From Candidatus Omnitrophota bacterium (GTDB lineage Bacteria > Omnitrophota > Gorgyraeia > Zapsychrales > JANLHA01): a DNA stretch of 32,000 bases. Made by a program: the position numbers and the translations under genes. The DNA lies in the NCBI GenBank assembly GCA_963662715.1, contig OY759724.1, positions 1,710,001 through 1,742,000 of the forward strand, in the 5' to 3' direction. Below the pieces are notes generated by a model that searched no databases, had not been told where the DNA came from, and saw nothing but the letters and a program-made list of their open reading frames with translations. Of the stretch, positions 30,398 through 32,000 are shown in pieces. Position 1 is the stretch's first letter. Each line of letters starts with the position of its first letter.

Positions 30398-32000
30398 ATG
30401 ATAGATGAAAAGCAAAAAAATGTTGTGACGTTTTCTTTCTGTGAGCCGTTTCTCGGTAACTTGACCCGGCTGATGGATGAGGAATATATAAGCCGGGGGA
30501 AAGATCTTAGACGGCTGGCCATTGTTTTCGGAGGCAAGCGGCCGGAGTTATTTTTAAAGCGCCAGCTGGCGGAAAAAATCGGGCGTTCTTTTGCCCCGCC
30601 CCGGTTTTTTACGATAGATCATTTCACCGCCTATATCATTCAAAAAGATCAGGTCATTCAGCGGGGAGCGGATCTTGATCAGTGTTATGAGCTTTACCAG
30701 CTGGCCAAACGGCTGGCCCCGGATATCTTAAAAACGCGGGCCACCTTTGCGCAGTTCCTGCCCTGGAGCCGGGAGATTCTGCATTTTATCGAACAGCTGG
30801 ACCTGGAGCTTATGGACAATCAGGAGTTAAGGCACGTGAAAGCCCATGCGGAGATCGGATACGATGTCCCGGACAGTATCAACCGTTTGCTGCAGAGCGT
30901 TGCTCTCCTCCGGGAGGCGTATCATCGGGTGATGATGCAGAAAAGCCTTTATTCCCGCGGTTTTCAGTATTTTCAGGCCGCGGAACGGATTTCCCGGACA
31001 GCATTCCCGGAGTTCGATGAGATATGGTTCTGCAATGTGTTTTATTTTAACCGGGCCGAGGAAAAAATCATGAAAGACCTTTGCGGCCGCGGGCAAGCGC
31101 GCCTTGTTGTGCAGGGGGATGAACGGAAATGGCCGGTGTTTCAAAGAATGACCGGAGCTTTTGACTGCCCTGTGCGTGAAGGCGAAGTCCCCCCGACGCC
31201 GCAGTTTGACCTGAACCTTTACTGCGGTTTTGACCTGCATTCCCAGATCGGCCTTGTCCGGGATATCCTTAAGAAAATCGAACGGCCGGATCAGGCCGTC
31301 GTCGTGCTGCCGGAAGCAGACCATATGATCCCGTTGCTGTCAGAGATAGCTTTTCATTTGAAGGATTTTAATGTGTCTATGGGATATCCTCTTAAACGGA
31401 GTTCCCTGTACGCGCTGTTCCGGCAGGTGTTTCAGGCACAGCTTTCCCGGAAGGACGCGCGGTATTACACCAGAGACTACCTTAAGGTCCTCAAGCACCC
31501 GCTGGTGAAGAATTTAAGGCTATCCGGCCCGCCGGCCGTAAGCCGGGTGCTGGTTCATAAAATCGAGGAGATCCTCACCGGACAGCAGGAAACGCCTCTG
31601 TCCGGAATGCTGTTTATTTCCCTTGAGGCATTGTCGTCCTGTGACGAGCTGTTTCAGCTGACCCGGACCACTCTGCAGGGGATGGGAATGGAAACGACGA
31701 GAGAAGACCTGAAGGGCCTGCTTAAGTCTATTCATGAACATATGTTTGCTTTGTGGGAAACAGCCGGCAGCTTCCGCAGTTTTGCTTCTGTGCTGGAGAC
31801 CTTTCTGGATTTGCTTGTACAGTCAAGCGCCCTGACCCATTATCCGCTGAACCTGAAAATTACCGATAAGATGTTTGATATCAAGGATGAAATTATGCAG
31901 GCGGTGTTCTGCGAAGATCCTTTCGCGGCGGAAGACATTTTTAGAATATTCTCCGACAAGATCGAGCGGTCCATCGTTGCTTTTTCCGGCTCGCCGTTAA
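30398..32000 (+). CDS. AddB-like partner protein (N-terminal inactivated-helicase-like region; 3' end beyond window)
   Basis: This ORF is not in the ORF track because no stop falls inside the window. I translated it by hand. Starting from ATG 30398 (in-frame TAG at 30380-30382), the frame stays open for 534 codons to base 32000 (MIDEKQKNVVTFSFCEPFLGNL...VVVLPEADHMIPLL...). There is no Walker A. The assignment rests on position directly after an AddA-like gene and on size, not on recognised motifs. Confidence 0.5.
   Translation, partial: MIDEKQKNVVTFSFCEPFLGNLTRLMDEEYISRGKDLRRLAIVFGGKRPELFLKRQLAEKIGRSFAPPRFFTIDHFTAYIIQKDQVIQRGADLDQCYELYQLAKRLAPDILKTRATFAQFLPWSREILHFIEQLDLELMDNQELRHVKAHAEIGYDVPDSINRLLQSVALLREAYHRVMMQKSLYSRGFQYFQAAERISRTAFPEFDEIWFCNVFYFNRAEEKIMKDLCGRGQARLVVQGDERKWPVFQRMTGAFDCPVREGEVPPTPQFDLNLYCGFDLHSQIGLVRDILKKIERPDQAVVVLPEADHMIPLLSEIAFHLKDFNVSMGYPLKRSSLYALFRQVFQAQLSRKDARYYTRDYLKVLKHPLVKNLRLSGPPAVSRVLVHKIEEILTGQQETPLSGMLFISLEALSSCDELFQLTRTTLQGMGMETTREDLKGLLKSIHEHMFALWETAGSFRSFASVLETFLDLLVQSSALTHYPLNLKITDKMFDIKDEIMQAVFCEDPFAAEDIFRIFSDKIERSIVAFSGSPL

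Noticed and set aside
27152-32000. UvrD-type helicase plus nuclease genes considered as a phage-defence module (Gabija-like, Hachiman-like or similar).
   Set aside because: No OLD/TOPRIM ATPase, HamA-like or other defence partner is present. The helicase carries its own RecB-type nuclease and is followed by a long Walker-A-less partner, which is the housekeeping AddAB pattern. No mobile-element or island hallmarks flank it. This needs a defence-finder run to be certain.

Overview
This is a bacterial chromosomal segment of moderate GC (not computed). I support 26 protein-coding genes, 23 of them on the + strand, packed into short operons. I recognised no rRNA, tRNA, CRISPR array, transposase, integrase or long repeat. 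All calls rest on motifs read from the supplied translations, since no database search was possible.

The gene order, with approximate start coordinates, is:
- 1: GT28 lipid glycosyltransferase, 5'-partial
- 953: priA
- 2896: fmt
- 3877: an EF-G gene with a long N-terminal extension
- 7250 and 8266: two translationally coupled GalT-like HIT genes
- 9336: gap
- 10525: stand-alone HisKA/DHp protein
- 10912: CheY-like receiver
- 11376: SET-domain methyltransferase
- 11927: SpoU/TrmH methyltransferase
- 12496: MarR regulator
- 13328: LplT-PlsC-Aas triple fusion
- 16840: alpha/beta hydrolase
- 17607: membrane hexapeptide-repeat protein
- 18368 to 19256, minus strand: ECF sigma and soluble zinc anti-sigma
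- 19531: receiver with an insertion
- 20085: HIBADH-type dehydrogenase
- 20977: TM-TPR protein
- 22301: secreted archaemetzincin
- 23540: Flp-like prepilin leader fused to a Cys-rich domain
- 24583 and 25363: two orphan envelope proteins
- 26291: Ubl-Mut7-C RNase
- 27152: AddA-like helicase-nuclease
- 30398: AddB-like partner, which runs off the window

The most unusual objects are:
1. A 1030-aa ORF in which a canonical-looking EF-G is preceded by a TM helix, a coiled coil and an acidic linker.
2. A tandem ATGA-coupled GalT-like pair in which the first copy has lost the nucleophilic His.
3. A PriA lacking Walker A and other helicase motifs.
4. A kinase-less DHp protein next to a receiver and a bacterial SET-domain gene.
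5. A 292-aa, 29-Cys protein with a Flp-type leader.

I cannot point to one clearly delimited novel multi-gene system. The EF-G fusion and the Flp-like Cys-rich protein are my best candidates for undescribed biology.
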